A stretch of DNA of 64,000 bases from a virus. The notes below the pieces were generated by a model, which had not been told where the DNA came from, made no database searches, and saw nothing but the letters and a program-made list of their open reading frames with translations. The translations under genes and the position numbers were made by a program. The stretch spans positions 64,001-128,000 of IMG/VR virus record IMGVR_UViG_3300002231_001563; one strand, 5' to 3'. Below, piece by piece: positions 18,115 through 27,740 of this stretch (position 1 is the stretch's first letter; each line of letters begins with the position of its first letter).

Positions 18115-19875
18115 ATGTCTATTATTAATAAATTAACTGAAGGCATTGTGCGCCGAGATCTCTCTAAAGAAGGTCACGCTCTTCTCACTAAGTGGGAAAA
18201 GACGGGACTTTTAGAGGGACTGGGTGCAGAACGCAAAAAGCATGGTATGGCATGCTTGCTTGAAAATCAAGCGAAGGAGCTTCTTCGAGAGGCATCCACT
18301 ATGGCAGGCGGTGACGTCGAAGGTTTTGCATCTGTTGCATTCCCAATCGTACGCCGCGTTTTCGGCGGATTGATCGCAAATGATCTTGTGTCCGTTCAAC
18401 CAATGAGCCTCCCATCGGGACTCATCTTCTTCCTGGATTTCACCTATCAGCGCGATCGCCTTGATATCACAGCGGATACTTCCGTATATGGTGGCGGAGT
18501 AGTTGGTTCGCAGATCACTGGCGGTGTTTCACTGGCCGGTAATGAATCCGAGCAAAGCTTTTACGCCCTCAACAACGGATATTCAAGTCCGACTGGTACA
18601 GCGGTCCTTAACTTTGACCACGCCGTAGGCGCCCTGGTCGGAGAAATTGTCGCTTCCGGTACAGTAGGTGCTGGCGTCCCCGGTGATTGGGGTGGTATCG
18701 GCGCAACCGCGACGGCATATAGTGCACTTGGCGATGGTCTTGTGCGATTCGATCCAGATATCGCTTCGGGAACTAATGTGGTTGTAGCAAGTATTCCTCT
18801 GGCAACATTGGCCGCAGGACTCCCAGCTACCTTGGCATTCAATATCAAAGATTATATTACTTTGACCCTGACCGATGGTGGATCAACAAGCCTAACAGCG
18901 GGCGCACAAGTTCGCCGCTTAACCGTGGATGACCCAATTACTGCTGGAAATGTTTTGGTCGCTGTTGCAGAAGGCACAGCCGCCGCAACAATCGCAAATT
19001 TGTCGGGTGCTTTAATGGCAACTGACGGCTGCGCGTTCGTTGCCGACGACAATTTTGACCAAGCAAGTGCAATCGGCGCGGTAGTGGGCGCCGAACAGTG
19101 GGGACTGGAAAACTCAGTACAGATTCCAGAAATCGACATCAAAGTCGACTCTGTGGCTGTCACTGCGAAGACCAAGAAGCTCAAAGCTAAATGGACACCA
19201 GAATTGGCCCAAGACTTGAATGCTTATCACAACCTCGATGCAGAAGTTGAATTGACAAGCATCCTTTCGGAGCACATTGCTCTCGAACTGGACCAAGAAA
19301 TCCTAGAAGACCTTATTAAGGGTGCTACAGCAGCAACTCTTCACTGGTCTAGGCTTCCTGGTAAATTCGTTAATCGTGAGACAGGCGCTCAATTGCCAAC
19401 CGTTGGAGCAGCACCAGACTTTACTGGTAATGTGAGCGAGTGGTATGAGACCTTGGCTGAAACTATTAACGATGTATCAGCACAAATCCACCGCAAGACC
19501 TTGAGAGGAGGCGCAAACTTCGTCGTGTGTTCACCTGAAGTTGCAAACCTTCTTGAATTTACCGCCGGATTCCGTGGAAGCATCACTCATGATGATGATC
19601 GCGGTACAGTGGGAGCTGTCAAAGTTGGTAACTTGAGTAAGAAGTTCGACGTCTATGTCGATCCTTATTTCCCAAGAAACGTGGTATTAGCAGGCCGTAA
19701 GGGATCCTCTTTCCTTGAAAGTGGATATGTATACGCGCCGTATGTACCTCTCCAAATGACTCCTACCATTTTCGGTACCGAGGACTTCGTGCCTCGTAAG
19801 GGCGTCATGACTCGCTATGCGAAGAAGATGGTCCGTCCGGATATGTATGGCCTTGTCATCGTAGAAGACCTCTAA
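18115..19875 (+). CDS. gp23: Major capsid protein (T4 gp23-like)
   Basis: LLENQ, FPIVRRVFGGLIANDLVSVQPM, KLKAKWTPELAQDLNAYH, GYVYAPYVPL; Ala/Gly/Thr-rich central insertion. Confidence 0.96.
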   Translation: MSIINKLTEGIVRRDLSKEGHALLTKWEKTGLLEGLGAERKKHGMACLLENQAKELLREASTMAGGDVEGFASVAFPIVRRVFGGLIANDLVSVQPMSLPSGLIFFLDFTYQRDRLDITADTSVYGGGVVGSQITGGVSLAGNESEQSFYALNNGYSSPTGTAVLNFDHAVGALVGEIVASGTVGAGVPGDWGGIGATATAYSALGDGLVRFDPDIASGTNVVVASIPLATLAAGLPATLAFNIKDYITLTLTDGGSTSLTAGAQVRRLTVDDPITAGNVLVAVAEGTAAATIANLSGALMATDGCAFVADDNFDQASAIGAVVGAEQWGLENSVQIPEIDIKVDSVAVTAKTKKLKAKWTPELAQDLNAYHNLDAEVELTSILSEHIALELDQEILEDLIKGATAATLHWSRLPGKFVNRETGAQLPTVGAAPDFTGNVSEWYETLAETINDVSAQIHRKTLRGGANFVVCSPEVANLLEFTAGFRGSITHDDDRGTVGAVKVGNLSKKFDVYVDPYFPRNVVLAGRKGSSFLESGYVYAPYVPLQMTPTIFGTEDFVPRKGVMTRYAKKMVRPDMYGLVIVEDL

Positions 19876-19912
19876 GATATATAAAGCCCAGCTTTATACA
19901 TAAGTAAAATAT

Positions 19913-19940
19913 ACCCCTTCACAATTTGTGAAGGGGTTTT
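19913..19940 (+). terminator. Rho-independent terminator after the MCP
   Basis: ACCCCTTCACA-ATT-TGTGAAGGGGT then TTT; preceded by a second hairpin TATAAAGC-CCA-GCTTTATA (19880-19898). Confidence 0.85.
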
Positions 19941-19952
19941 GTGTTTCTAAAA

Positions 19953-19961
19953 ACTACTTAA
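19953..19961 (+). promoter_or_regulatory. Putative late-promoter motif ACTACTTAA (neck operon)
   Basis: Motif directly after the terminator and before the neck gene. Confidence 0.55.
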
Positions 19962-19979
19962 TGCAGAGGTTTTTATATC

Positions 19980-21248
19980 ATGGCTTTCCCTACCCTAACG
20001 CCCGCTAGTCAGGCAAGTAAATCAATTCTATCCCCAACTGGAACTGTTGCAGATGTCGCCGCATCCCTCCCTCTGGCCGTATATTCGAACTCTGACCCCT
20101 TTCTATCGGGTGCAGCCTCTCAGGTCGCCTATACTTACAGGAAATTGGGGGGAGATGTCCTTGATATCGAAATTAAGCCCGAGAATGTGTATGCTAATTA
20201 TCAAGAGGCAGTATTAGAATATAGCTATTTGGTGAACGTCCATCAGTCTAAAAATATGTTGTCGGATGTCCTCGGTCAGGCCACAGGAACTTTCGACGAA
20301 GACGGTCAATTAGTGACAGGCCCTACTGATGTTAATCTAAAATTCCCCCGGGTGATGTTTGAGTACGCCCGCAGGGTATCCGACTCTTTCTCATTTGAAG
20401 CCAATGTAGGGGGAACCATTCCCATCTATTCGGCATCGTTTACACTCAATAAGGGACAGCAAGATTATAATCTTCAGGCCATTATTTCTGGAAGTTCCGC
20501 TGCGGGAACTGGCTCGACCGGAACAACTGTGCCCTACGCCGGAGTGGTTGGGGACAAGAGAGTGATAATTAAAAAGGTGTATTACAAAACTCCGGCGGCA
20601 ATGTGGCGGTTTTTTGGGTATTTCGGCGGTCTTAACGTCGTGGGAAATCTTAATTATTATGGACAATACACTGATGACTCTACGTTTGAGTTAGTGCCAA
20701 CATGGCAAAATAAACTCCAGGCCATGGCATATGAGGACAATATTTATACTAGGCTTTCTCAATATTCGTATGAATTAGAAAACAATCATTTGAGAATCTT
20801 TCCAATGCCAGAACTTTTGAGCACATATAGACATATGTGGGTAGATTTTTCAGTGATTCCTAATAGTTGGGATAATCCGCCAGACTATGATGCCGGCGTC
20901 GATGGCATCAACAATATCAACACCCTCCCTTTTGATAACATTCCCTATGAGAATATAAATGCTATTGGGAAACAATGGATTCGCCGATTTGCTCTGGCCC
21001 TATCTAAGGAAACTTTGGGGCAAGTACGAGGCAAATTCCAGACGGTCCCTATTCCGGGGGAATCCGTCACTCTGAACGCCGCCGAACTTCTCGGTCAAGC
21101 GCAGGCTGAACAAGAGGCATTGAGGGAGGAACTGAAGACAATTCTCGATGAATTGACATATACGGCCATGGCCAAATCTGACGCTGAAAAGGCAAATGCG
21201 GTAGAAGATATTCAAAAGAAGGTACCAACCTTAATTTTCCAGGGGTAA
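19980..21248 (+). CDS. Neck/head-tail adaptor (T4 gp13-like)
   Basis: Position after the MCP; RKLGGDVLDIE and WIRRFALALSKETLGQVRGKF...LN motifs typical of gp13-like adaptors. Confidence 0.7.
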   Translation: MAFPTLTPASQASKSILSPTGTVADVAASLPLAVYSNSDPFLSGAASQVAYTYRKLGGDVLDIEIKPENVYANYQEAVLEYSYLVNVHQSKNMLSDVLGQATGTFDEDGQLVTGPTDVNLKFPRVMFEYARRVSDSFSFEANVGGTIPIYSASFTLNKGQQDYNLQAIISGSSAAGTGSTGTTVPYAGVVGDKRVIIKKVYYKTPAAMWRFFGYFGGLNVVGNLNYYGQYTDDSTFELVPTWQNKLQAMAYEDNIYTRLSQYSYELENNHLRIFPMPELLSTYRHMWVDFSVIPNSWDNPPDYDAGVDGINNINTLPFDNIPYENINAIGKQWIRRFALALSKETLGQVRGKFQTVPIPGESVTLNAAELLGQAQAEQEALREELKTILDELTYTAMAKSDAEKANAVEDIQKKVPTLIFQG

Positions 21249-21254
21249 TAAGAG

Positions 21255-22124
21255 ATGAGTAGTAAGAAAGAAGACTTCGATGAATTTCGTCCATATTACC
21301 CTCCTGCCCCAGCTAAGGAAAAGGTTCCCCTCAAAGAAGTTACCCTCATGCCATCGACGGTGGAGACGATCGATTTTGCTTTGAGCGATTGGCTCGAAGA
21401 AGATATGGATATTTATTGCACTACTAACGAGGGGTGGAAAAAGGTACCCATCGTCTGGTCAATGCCGGAAAGAGCATTTCAGGTTAAAGACAATAAAGAT
21501 TTAAGAAACAAAGATAACATTTTCACTTTTCCAGTAATGAGTGTGGAGCGAACCTCCCTCATTAAGGATCCGAACATGAAGGGAGTAGCATGGGCTCATA
21601 TTCCTCGCTATAATGACCCTCGCGGCGGCGCCATAACTGTAGCTCGGCGCATTCAACAAGAGAAGAGCGCGAATTTTGCAAATGCCGGAGCAAAAAGACG
21701 ATTTAATCAACCCACCTTTCCTTATGATAATAAGAAAGTGGTATATGAAACGATAACGATGCCCGTTCCGACCTATGTAGTGGCAAATTATAAAGTCACT
21801 ATTCATACGGAATATCAGCAACAAATGAATGAAATTTTCACTCCTTTTATGACTGCAACCGGGCAAATAAACAACTTTTTTATCACCCGTGACGGCCATA
21901 AATTTGAGGGGTTCATTCAGGATGATTTTTCTTTAGAAAATAATTTGTCCAATTTGGGCGACGAAGAGAGAGAATTTAAAACTATCATTAACTTGAAAGT
22001 TCTAGGTTATCTAATCGGCTCGGGCAAAAATGATAGCCAACCCAAAATTACCACCCGCGAGACAGCAGCTGAATTTAGATTCACCCGCGAGCGAGTGATG
22101 CTTGGCGATAAAAAGGACTATTAA
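21255..22124 (+). CDS. Tail completion/sheath stabiliser (T4 gp15-like)
   Basis: PVPTYVVANYKVTIHTEYQQQMNEI resembles the gp15 PVP..+.Y.+.+.T.......QI+E core; gene position. Confidence 0.6.
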   Translation: MSSKKEDFDEFRPYYPPAPAKEKVPLKEVTLMPSTVETIDFALSDWLEEDMDIYCTTNEGWKKVPIVWSMPERAFQVKDNKDLRNKDNIFTFPVMSVERTSLIKDPNMKGVAWAHIPRYNDPRGGAITVARRIQQEKSANFANAGAKRRFNQPTFPYDNKKVVYETITMPVPTYVVANYKVTIHTEYQQQMNEIFTPFMTATGQINNFFITRDGHKFEGFIQDDFSLENNLSNLGDEEREFKTIINLKVLGYLIGSGKNDSQPKITTRETAAEFRFTRERVMLGDKKDY

Positions 22125-22127
22125 TGA

Positions 22128-23033
22128 ATGGCAGATAATAAATGGACAAAGCCTACAAATCCCCCTCCCCCCTTATTCCTGGGAGAGAAGGAGCGCGATT
22201 TAGTTAAACAAGTCAATGACGAACTCTTGGAACGCGTCATTGGTCAGGCTATAACCTATCTCCCTTTATCCATGGAATATACTAATTTTCACCCCCTCTA
22301 TGGTGAAGCCATAGAGAAATCCTTTCTGCCTCCTGTTCGAGTTTACGCACTAGTGGAATTTGACGGAATTGGAACTATGACTTCCGATTATGGCCTTGAT
22401 AAGACCTACTCTATTGTAGTGCGCTTTCATGAACGCCGACTGCAGGAAGATCAGAATTTATATGTGAGAGAGGGTGACTATGTACAATATGGGTCTTCCT
22501 TTTTTGAAATCGTTAATCTTACCGAAGATCGCCAATTATTTGGCCAAGTAGAACACCTTTTTCAGATCGAAGCGCAATGTGTGCGAACCCGGAAAGGACT
22601 AATCGACTTCCAGGTGCTTTCAGAGGAAGTTCAACGTGCGGCCATTGCCAATGCCACGGCCATGGCAGCCCCCGCTGCACCCGCCGAGGAGCCGCCCGCC
22701 CCCGCTCCCGAAGCACCGGAGCCATATGAAGCGGCCCAGATTGTGTACGAGGCATCAGACCCCGACTCGGAGGTCGCGGGCGTTATTGCCACTCCTATTG
22801 CAGAAGGCGAATCCATCAATGATCTCTTTGGCATCGCCGAAGGAACTGAGCTGGACCTGAATACTATGATGATTTTCCAGAATGGTCTGTTGCAATTAGT
22901 AACTGAGACTGAGGGAGTGGGAGATTTTTATTTAAATGAAGATAATGAAATTATTTCTAATGGGGATTTAGCCCCCGGCACAACGCTGGTAGTGATATTT
23001 TTATCGGCTATCATGTCTTATTTTGGAGCGTAA
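22128..23033 (+). CDS. Head completion protein (T4 gp14-like) with Pro/Ala linker and extra C-terminal beta domain
   Basis: HPLYGEA, FHERRLQEDQNLYVREGD core; linker AAPAAPAEEPPAPAPE; terminal IFQNGLLQ domain. Confidence 0.65.
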   Translation: MADNKWTKPTNPPPPLFLGEKERDLVKQVNDELLERVIGQAITYLPLSMEYTNFHPLYGEAIEKSFLPPVRVYALVEFDGIGTMTSDYGLDKTYSIVVRFHERRLQEDQNLYVREGDYVQYGSSFFEIVNLTEDRQLFGQVEHLFQIEAQCVRTRKGLIDFQVLSEEVQRAAIANATAMAAPAAPAEEPPAPAPEAPEPYEAAQIVYEASDPDSEVAGVIATPIAEGESINDLFGIAEGTELDLNTMMIFQNGLLQLVTETEGVGDFYLNEDNEIISNGDLAPGTTLVVIFLSAIMSYFGA

Positions 23034-24245
23034 ATGAGTACTTTTCGAGAGCATAAAACAAGCGCAGATCGTTCAGCAGCCGACCGCAAAAGGCATAAAT
23101 CAAAAATTGAAAAAGCCCTCCGAGAAGGAATAAAAGATGTAGTAGCTGACGAATCTATTATAGGTCAGGATGGAAAAAAGAAAGTAAAAATTCCAGTCAA
23201 AGGAATTAAAGAATACCAGTTTGTATATGGAGATAATTCTCAAAATCAAAAAGCCGGCGCCGCCGGAGATAAAAATGTCAAAAAAGGACAGGTTTTGCGC
23301 AAAAAGGGCCGCTCACGCCAAGCCCAGGCGGGCGAAAAGGGCTCAGATAAGGTAGGCGAAGAATATTATGAGGTGGAAATTACCCTCGAAGAACTGGCGG
23401 AATATTTATTTGCTAATTTAGAACTTCCAGAATTGGAGAGAAAGAAGCTGCGCTTCCTAAAAGACAAGAAGCTACGCCGAAGTGGTTATAGAAAGAAAGG
23501 GATGCGTTCTAGGTTATCGAAGAAAGAGACTCTCAAACGAAAGATTCGGCGCCGCAAAAAAGCTGAAGCCAATGGGACATGGGATCCCGAATCTGGCGAA
23601 CGTTTTCCGTTTCATGAAGACGATTTAAAATATAAACATATGAAAGTAAAGAATAAAGAAAGCAGTTCGGCAGTTATTTTTTTCCTCATGGATGTGTCTG
23701 GCTCCATGGACAAAAATAAAAAATATATTGCTCGTAGTTTTTATTTTTTGTTGTATCAATTTCTGCGCTATAAGTACGAGAATATTGAGGTTGTTTTTAT
23801 CTCTCATTCCACTGACGCCAAGGAGGTAACGGAAGAAGAATTTTTCCAAAAAGCCACCACAGGGGGCACCATCATGTCTAGCGCCCTAGAATTAGAAAAA
23901 GAAATTATCTCCAAGCGATATCACCCGTCGAGTTGGAATATTTACACATTTTATACTGGAGACGGTGAAAACTGGACCACGGATAATAATAAGACGGTAA
24001 AACTCCTTAACGAACTTAAAGAAATAAATCAGATGATTTGTTATGCGGAAATTAATCCTTTTAGGAATCCGGAGTATGATGCTGATTTCGGCCGGAATTT
24101 TGGATATTCTCCAGACGCCGATCCCAACTCTTTGTGGTCTCGGCTCCTGCCACATCTTTCAGATAAATTTAAGGCAGTTAAACTTATGAGTCCCAAACAT
24201 ATTTGGCCCTCATTTCAGAAGATATTCGGAGGCATTACCCCATGA
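23034..24245 (+). CDS. yhbH: YhbH/YeaH (DUF444) vWA-domain protein
   Basis: ESII...KIPVKGIKEY, EITLEELAEYLFANLELPEL, FFLMDVSGSM (MIDAS), FISHSTDAKEV, GGTIMSSAL, GDGENW. Confidence 0.92.
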   Translation: MSTFREHKTSADRSAADRKRHKSKIEKALREGIKDVVADESIIGQDGKKKVKIPVKGIKEYQFVYGDNSQNQKAGAAGDKNVKKGQVLRKKGRSRQAQAGEKGSDKVGEEYYEVEITLEELAEYLFANLELPELERKKLRFLKDKKLRRSGYRKKGMRSRLSKKETLKRKIRRRKKAEANGTWDPESGERFPFHEDDLKYKHMKVKNKESSSAVIFFLMDVSGSMDKNKKYIARSFYFLLYQFLRYKYENIEVVFISHSTDAKEVTEEEFFQKATTGGTIMSSALELEKEIISKRYHPSSWNIYTFYTGDGENWTTDNNKTVKLLNELKEINQMICYAEINPFRNPEYDADFGRNFGYSPDADPNSLWSRLLPHLSDKFKAVKLMSPKHIWPSFQKIFGGITP

Positions 24246-25549
24246 AGAAAGTAACAATCAAAGAATTGCGTAAGTACGATAAAGAAATCTGCGATATCGC
24301 AAAAGAAAAATATGGTCTCGACTGGTTCCCTATTGAATATGAGATATTAGATTATAAAGAAATGTTGGGTGCCATGGCCTACACAGGCCTACCTACTCAC
24401 TATCGCCACTGGTCCTTTGGAAAATCATTTGAACGCACAGCTACCCGCTATAAATTAGGCATGGAAGGCCTGCCCTATGAAATGATCATTAACAGTGACC
24501 CCAGTATCGCTTATCTCATGCTTGAAAATCCCATGAGTATTCACTTACTTACGATGGCTCACTGTGTGGGCCATTCGGACTTTTTTAAGAATAACCGCAT
24601 GTTTCGGGAAACTGATCCTCAAAACATTTTAGCGCGCTTTAAGTCCGCATCAAAAAGGGTGCAAAAATATATTGAAGATCCCAACATTGGTATCGAGGCT
24701 GTGGAGATGATATTGGATGCGTGTCATGCTATTCAGTATCAGGTACCCCGCACACCCAATATCGCCCGCGACAGGCTGAGGGAAATGCTGGATGTAGCCA
24801 AGCGCCTAAAGCGGGAAAAAAATGACGACCTCCTTTTAGAAGAAGATAGCATGAAAGATTATAATTTACTAGCTTTTATAAGAAAGAATGCCCGAAATTT
24901 AGAAGATTGGCAAAGAGATCTGATGGAGATGGTGGAAAGAAGGGCGAAATATTTTATCCCCCAAGCCCGAACTAAGATTATGAACGAGGGGTGGGCAGTC
25001 ACTATACATGAAAAGATCATGAACGATCTTAAGCTCGGAGATGAATACCACCTTGGATTTTTGAAGACTCATAATCAGGTAGTTCGACCTATTGTGGGGA
25101 GAGTTAATCCCTATCATTTGGGATACACTATCTTTAAAAAAATCGAAAAAGAACATGGATTTGAAGAATGTAAGTTAGTTCGCGAGACTCAAGATGATGA
25201 AAGTTTTATACGAAAATATTTAGACGAAGAGTTGTGCCGAGAGCTAAATTTATTCAGCTACAGCTATAGTCAGCGCACAACAAATTATTCTATTGATGAT
25301 ATTTCTGATAAAGAAGGGTGGAAAAGCGTCAGGAGCGCCCTAATTAAGAACGTAGGGCTTAACTCCGTCCCGATTGTCTATGTGAGTGGATTTAATAAGA
25401 AAATGCAAACACTTTATTTAAAACATGAACACGACGGCCGCGACCTGGAGTTGGGTTATGCGAATAAAGTATACGACCATATTAGATATTTATGGGATGA
25501 CGATATTATTTTTACTTCTATCATAGAAGGGGAGCTTTGGGAATTTTAA
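24242..25549 (+). CDS. spoVR: SpoVR/YcgB family protein
   Basis: GLPTHYRHWSFGK, YEMIINSDPSIAYL, AHCVGHSDFFKNN, TKIMNEGWA, NPYHLG, LYLKHEHDGRDL; ATGA overlap gives start 24242. Confidence 0.93.
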   Translation: MKKVTIKELRKYDKEICDIAKEKYGLDWFPIEYEILDYKEMLGAMAYTGLPTHYRHWSFGKSFERTATRYKLGMEGLPYEMIINSDPSIAYLMLENPMSIHLLTMAHCVGHSDFFKNNRMFRETDPQNILARFKSASKRVQKYIEDPNIGIEAVEMILDACHAIQYQVPRTPNIARDRLREMLDVAKRLKREKNDDLLLEEDSMKDYNLLAFIRKNARNLEDWQRDLMEMVERRAKYFIPQARTKIMNEGWAVTIHEKIMNDLKLGDEYHLGFLKTHNQVVRPIVGRVNPYHLGYTIFKKIEKEHGFEECKLVRETQDDESFIRKYLDEELCRELNLFSYSYSQRTTNYSIDDISDKEGWKSVRSALIKNVGLNSVPIVYVSGFNKKMQTLYLKHEHDGRDLELGYANKVYDHIRYLWDDDIIFTSIIEGELWEF

Positions 25550-25550
25550 A

Positions 25551-27491
25551 ATGACAGATTCAAAAACAAATAAATTTATGAACATTGCGGAAAAGCACAA
25601 GAAGGCAACCAAGAGAAAGAAATTCTCAGGCACCTTCGCAGATTATCTCAACTTGATTGAGGAAGATCGGAGTATTGTGGATCTGGCCCACAAGCGGCTT
25701 TATAAAACCATTTTAGGGGAGGGAGTTACGAAGCTATCCCCCGAAGACCCGCGTTGCGCCAATCTATTTAACAGCGAAACCCTAAAAACTTATGATTATT
25801 TTCAGTCTAAGTTTTTTGGCATGGAGCGCCCCCTGGCTAAGGTGATGCGATATTTGCATTCTGCGGCCCTCAAGGGTGAAGAGAGTCGACAAGTTTTACT
25901 ACTTCTCGGGCCCGTAGGTGCAGGAAAGTCGGCCCTCGTGGAGCACATCAAGCGCGCCTTAGAGGCGTCTGGTCCACTCTACCAACTCAAAGATTGCCCC
26001 ATTCAGGAAGAACCAATTCACCTTATTCCACGCGGACTCCGCGAAGAATTCAAGAATATATATGGTATTCGTGTTGAGGGGGATTTATGCCCGGTATGCC
26101 GCCATCGTCTCTTAGAGGAATATGGAAGCAACTATATGGATTTCCCGGTTGTAGAATCGTCTTTTTCTATTCGCGCTCGACGCGGAGTGGGGGTTGTTCC
26201 ACCTATGGACGCCAATACCCAGGATACAAGCATTCTAATAGGGTCAGAAGACATTTCAAAGCTCGACCTATACCCAGAGGACGACCCCCGCGCGCTAAGC
26301 CTTAACGGGGCGTTTAACGTGGGAAATCGCGGAATTGTAGAGTTCGTCGAGGTATTCAAAAATGAGATCGAATTTTTACACACCATGATTACTGCAACTC
26401 AAGAAAAAGCAGTTCCCAGTCCAGGAAAAGGGGCCATGATTTATTTTGATGGAGTTATTCTGGCTCACTGTAATGAGGCTGAGTGGAATAAGTTTAAGTC
26501 TGAAAACACCAACGAAGCTATTTTGGATCGTATCGTCCGCGTGAATGTTCCTTATTGCCTGGAAGTGGAAGAAGAACAGAAAATTTACAATAAATTACTC
26601 AGTGAGTCGGATTTTGATTCTCACATTGCCCCCCACACTTTGGAGATCGCAGCCATGTTTTCAGTGTTGAGTAGACTAAAGCCCTCAAATAAAGTCGATC
26701 CTATTACTAAGATGAAGATATATAATGGCGATGAGATCGTTGAAAAGGGATATATTAAGAAAATTGATATTAATGATTTGAGAGAGGAAGTCCGCGATGA
26801 GGGGATGACCGGCATTTCGACTCGCTTCATTATGAAGGCTATTGATGCAGCGCTGGCCGATTCAGAGAAAGCTATGGTCACTCCCATCTCCATCCGCGAC
26901 GCCCTCATCAAACAAGTAAAAGAGCAAATTGTTGTTGAAGATTTGAGAGAAAAATATCTCTCCTTTTTACAAAAAGAACTTCACGATGAATACTTGAAAA
27001 TTTTAGAGACGGAAATTACGAAAGCTTTCGTTTCTGCCTATCAAGAGCAGGCAGAATCTCTCTTTGATAACTATTTGGACCATGCCGAGGCTTATGTCAA
27101 TTCGAGCAAGGTAAAAGATACGATTACGGGAGAGGAGATGGTACCCGATGAAGAATTCCTTTGCTCCATTGAAGAGCAGATAGGAATTGTAGGCGCCGCA
27201 AGAGAAAACTTCCGAGCAGACATCACAGCTTATATGTTTGCTAAACTGCGCCGCAAAGAGAAGATTGATTGGACTTCTTACGGGCCACTGAAAGAAGCGA
27301 TAGAGACAAAGCTCTTAATGTCAGTGCGTGATATATCTCGAATTGTAACCAAATCTAAGTCTCGCGACAAAAAACAACAGCAGAAATATAGTGAAATGGT
27401 AAAGACCCTCATTGAGGATTATGGATACAACGAAGATTCAGCCACTGAAATTATTAAATATGCTTCCAATAATCTATGGCGCGACAGCTAA
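25551..27491 (+). CDS. prkA: PrkA/YeaG family AAA+ ATPase (annotated serine kinase)
   Basis: Walker A GPVGAGKS, CPIQEEP, NRGIVEFVEVFK, AHCNEAEW, EAILDRIVRVNVPYCL, EGMTGISTRF. Confidence 0.95.
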   Translation: MTDSKTNKFMNIAEKHKKATKRKKFSGTFADYLNLIEEDRSIVDLAHKRLYKTILGEGVTKLSPEDPRCANLFNSETLKTYDYFQSKFFGMERPLAKVMRYLHSAALKGEESRQVLLLLGPVGAGKSALVEHIKRALEASGPLYQLKDCPIQEEPIHLIPRGLREEFKNIYGIRVEGDLCPVCRHRLLEEYGSNYMDFPVVESSFSIRARRGVGVVPPMDANTQDTSILIGSEDISKLDLYPEDDPRALSLNGAFNVGNRGIVEFVEVFKNEIEFLHTMITATQEKAVPSPGKGAMIYFDGVILAHCNEAEWNKFKSENTNEAILDRIVRVNVPYCLEVEEEQKIYNKLLSESDFDSHIAPHTLEIAAMFSVLSRLKPSNKVDPITKMKIYNGDEIVEKGYIKKIDINDLREEVRDEGMTGISTRFIMKAIDAALADSEKAMVTPISIRDALIKQVKEQIVVEDLREKYLSFLQKELHDEYLKILETEITKAFVSAYQEQAESLFDNYLDHAEAYVNSSKVKDTITGEEMVPDEEFLCSIEEQIGIVGAARENFRADITAYMFAKLRRKEKIDWTSYGPLKEAIETKLLMSVRDISRIVTKSKSRDKKQQQKYSEMVKTLIEDYGYNEDSATEIIKYASNNLWRDS

Positions 27492-27584
27492 ATAAAAATT
27501 AAAAACTCTTTTTTATAAAATAAGTGTCATAAATACGGTATTTTATCGATACTTTTATCAATAAAATAGGTTTTTTTTGCTTTT

Positions 27585-27647
27585 GGTGAAAGTGGGGTCT
27601 ATCTACGGGCGAACAGGTCTGTCCGCAGACCACGTTCACGTTTTTTT
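27585..27647 (+). promoter_or_regulatory. Structured RNA element (terminator/attenuator-like) in the PrkA-adhesin intergenic region
   Basis: Hairpin GGTCTG-TCCG-CAGACC with an alternative long-range pairing, followed by T7. Confidence 0.45.
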
Positions 27648-27740
27648 CAAAAATCGAGGTTTTTGTAAAGGACATATTTTCTTTTTTCAAGGAGGAAATA
27701 ATATGAAAATAAATCACAACAATAAGGGAGGACTAGCATT

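Noticed and set aside
27528-27535. CATAAATA as a T4 late promoter
   Set aside because: Single imperfect copy in an AT-rich gap; it does not recur before structural genes, unlike ACTANTTA.
27594-27640. GGCGAACAGGT resembles part of a ZTP (pfl) riboswitch
   Set aside because: The required downstream GGGGAGC and 3' GCCTGGGC pseudoknot elements are absent; kept only as an unclassified structured leader.
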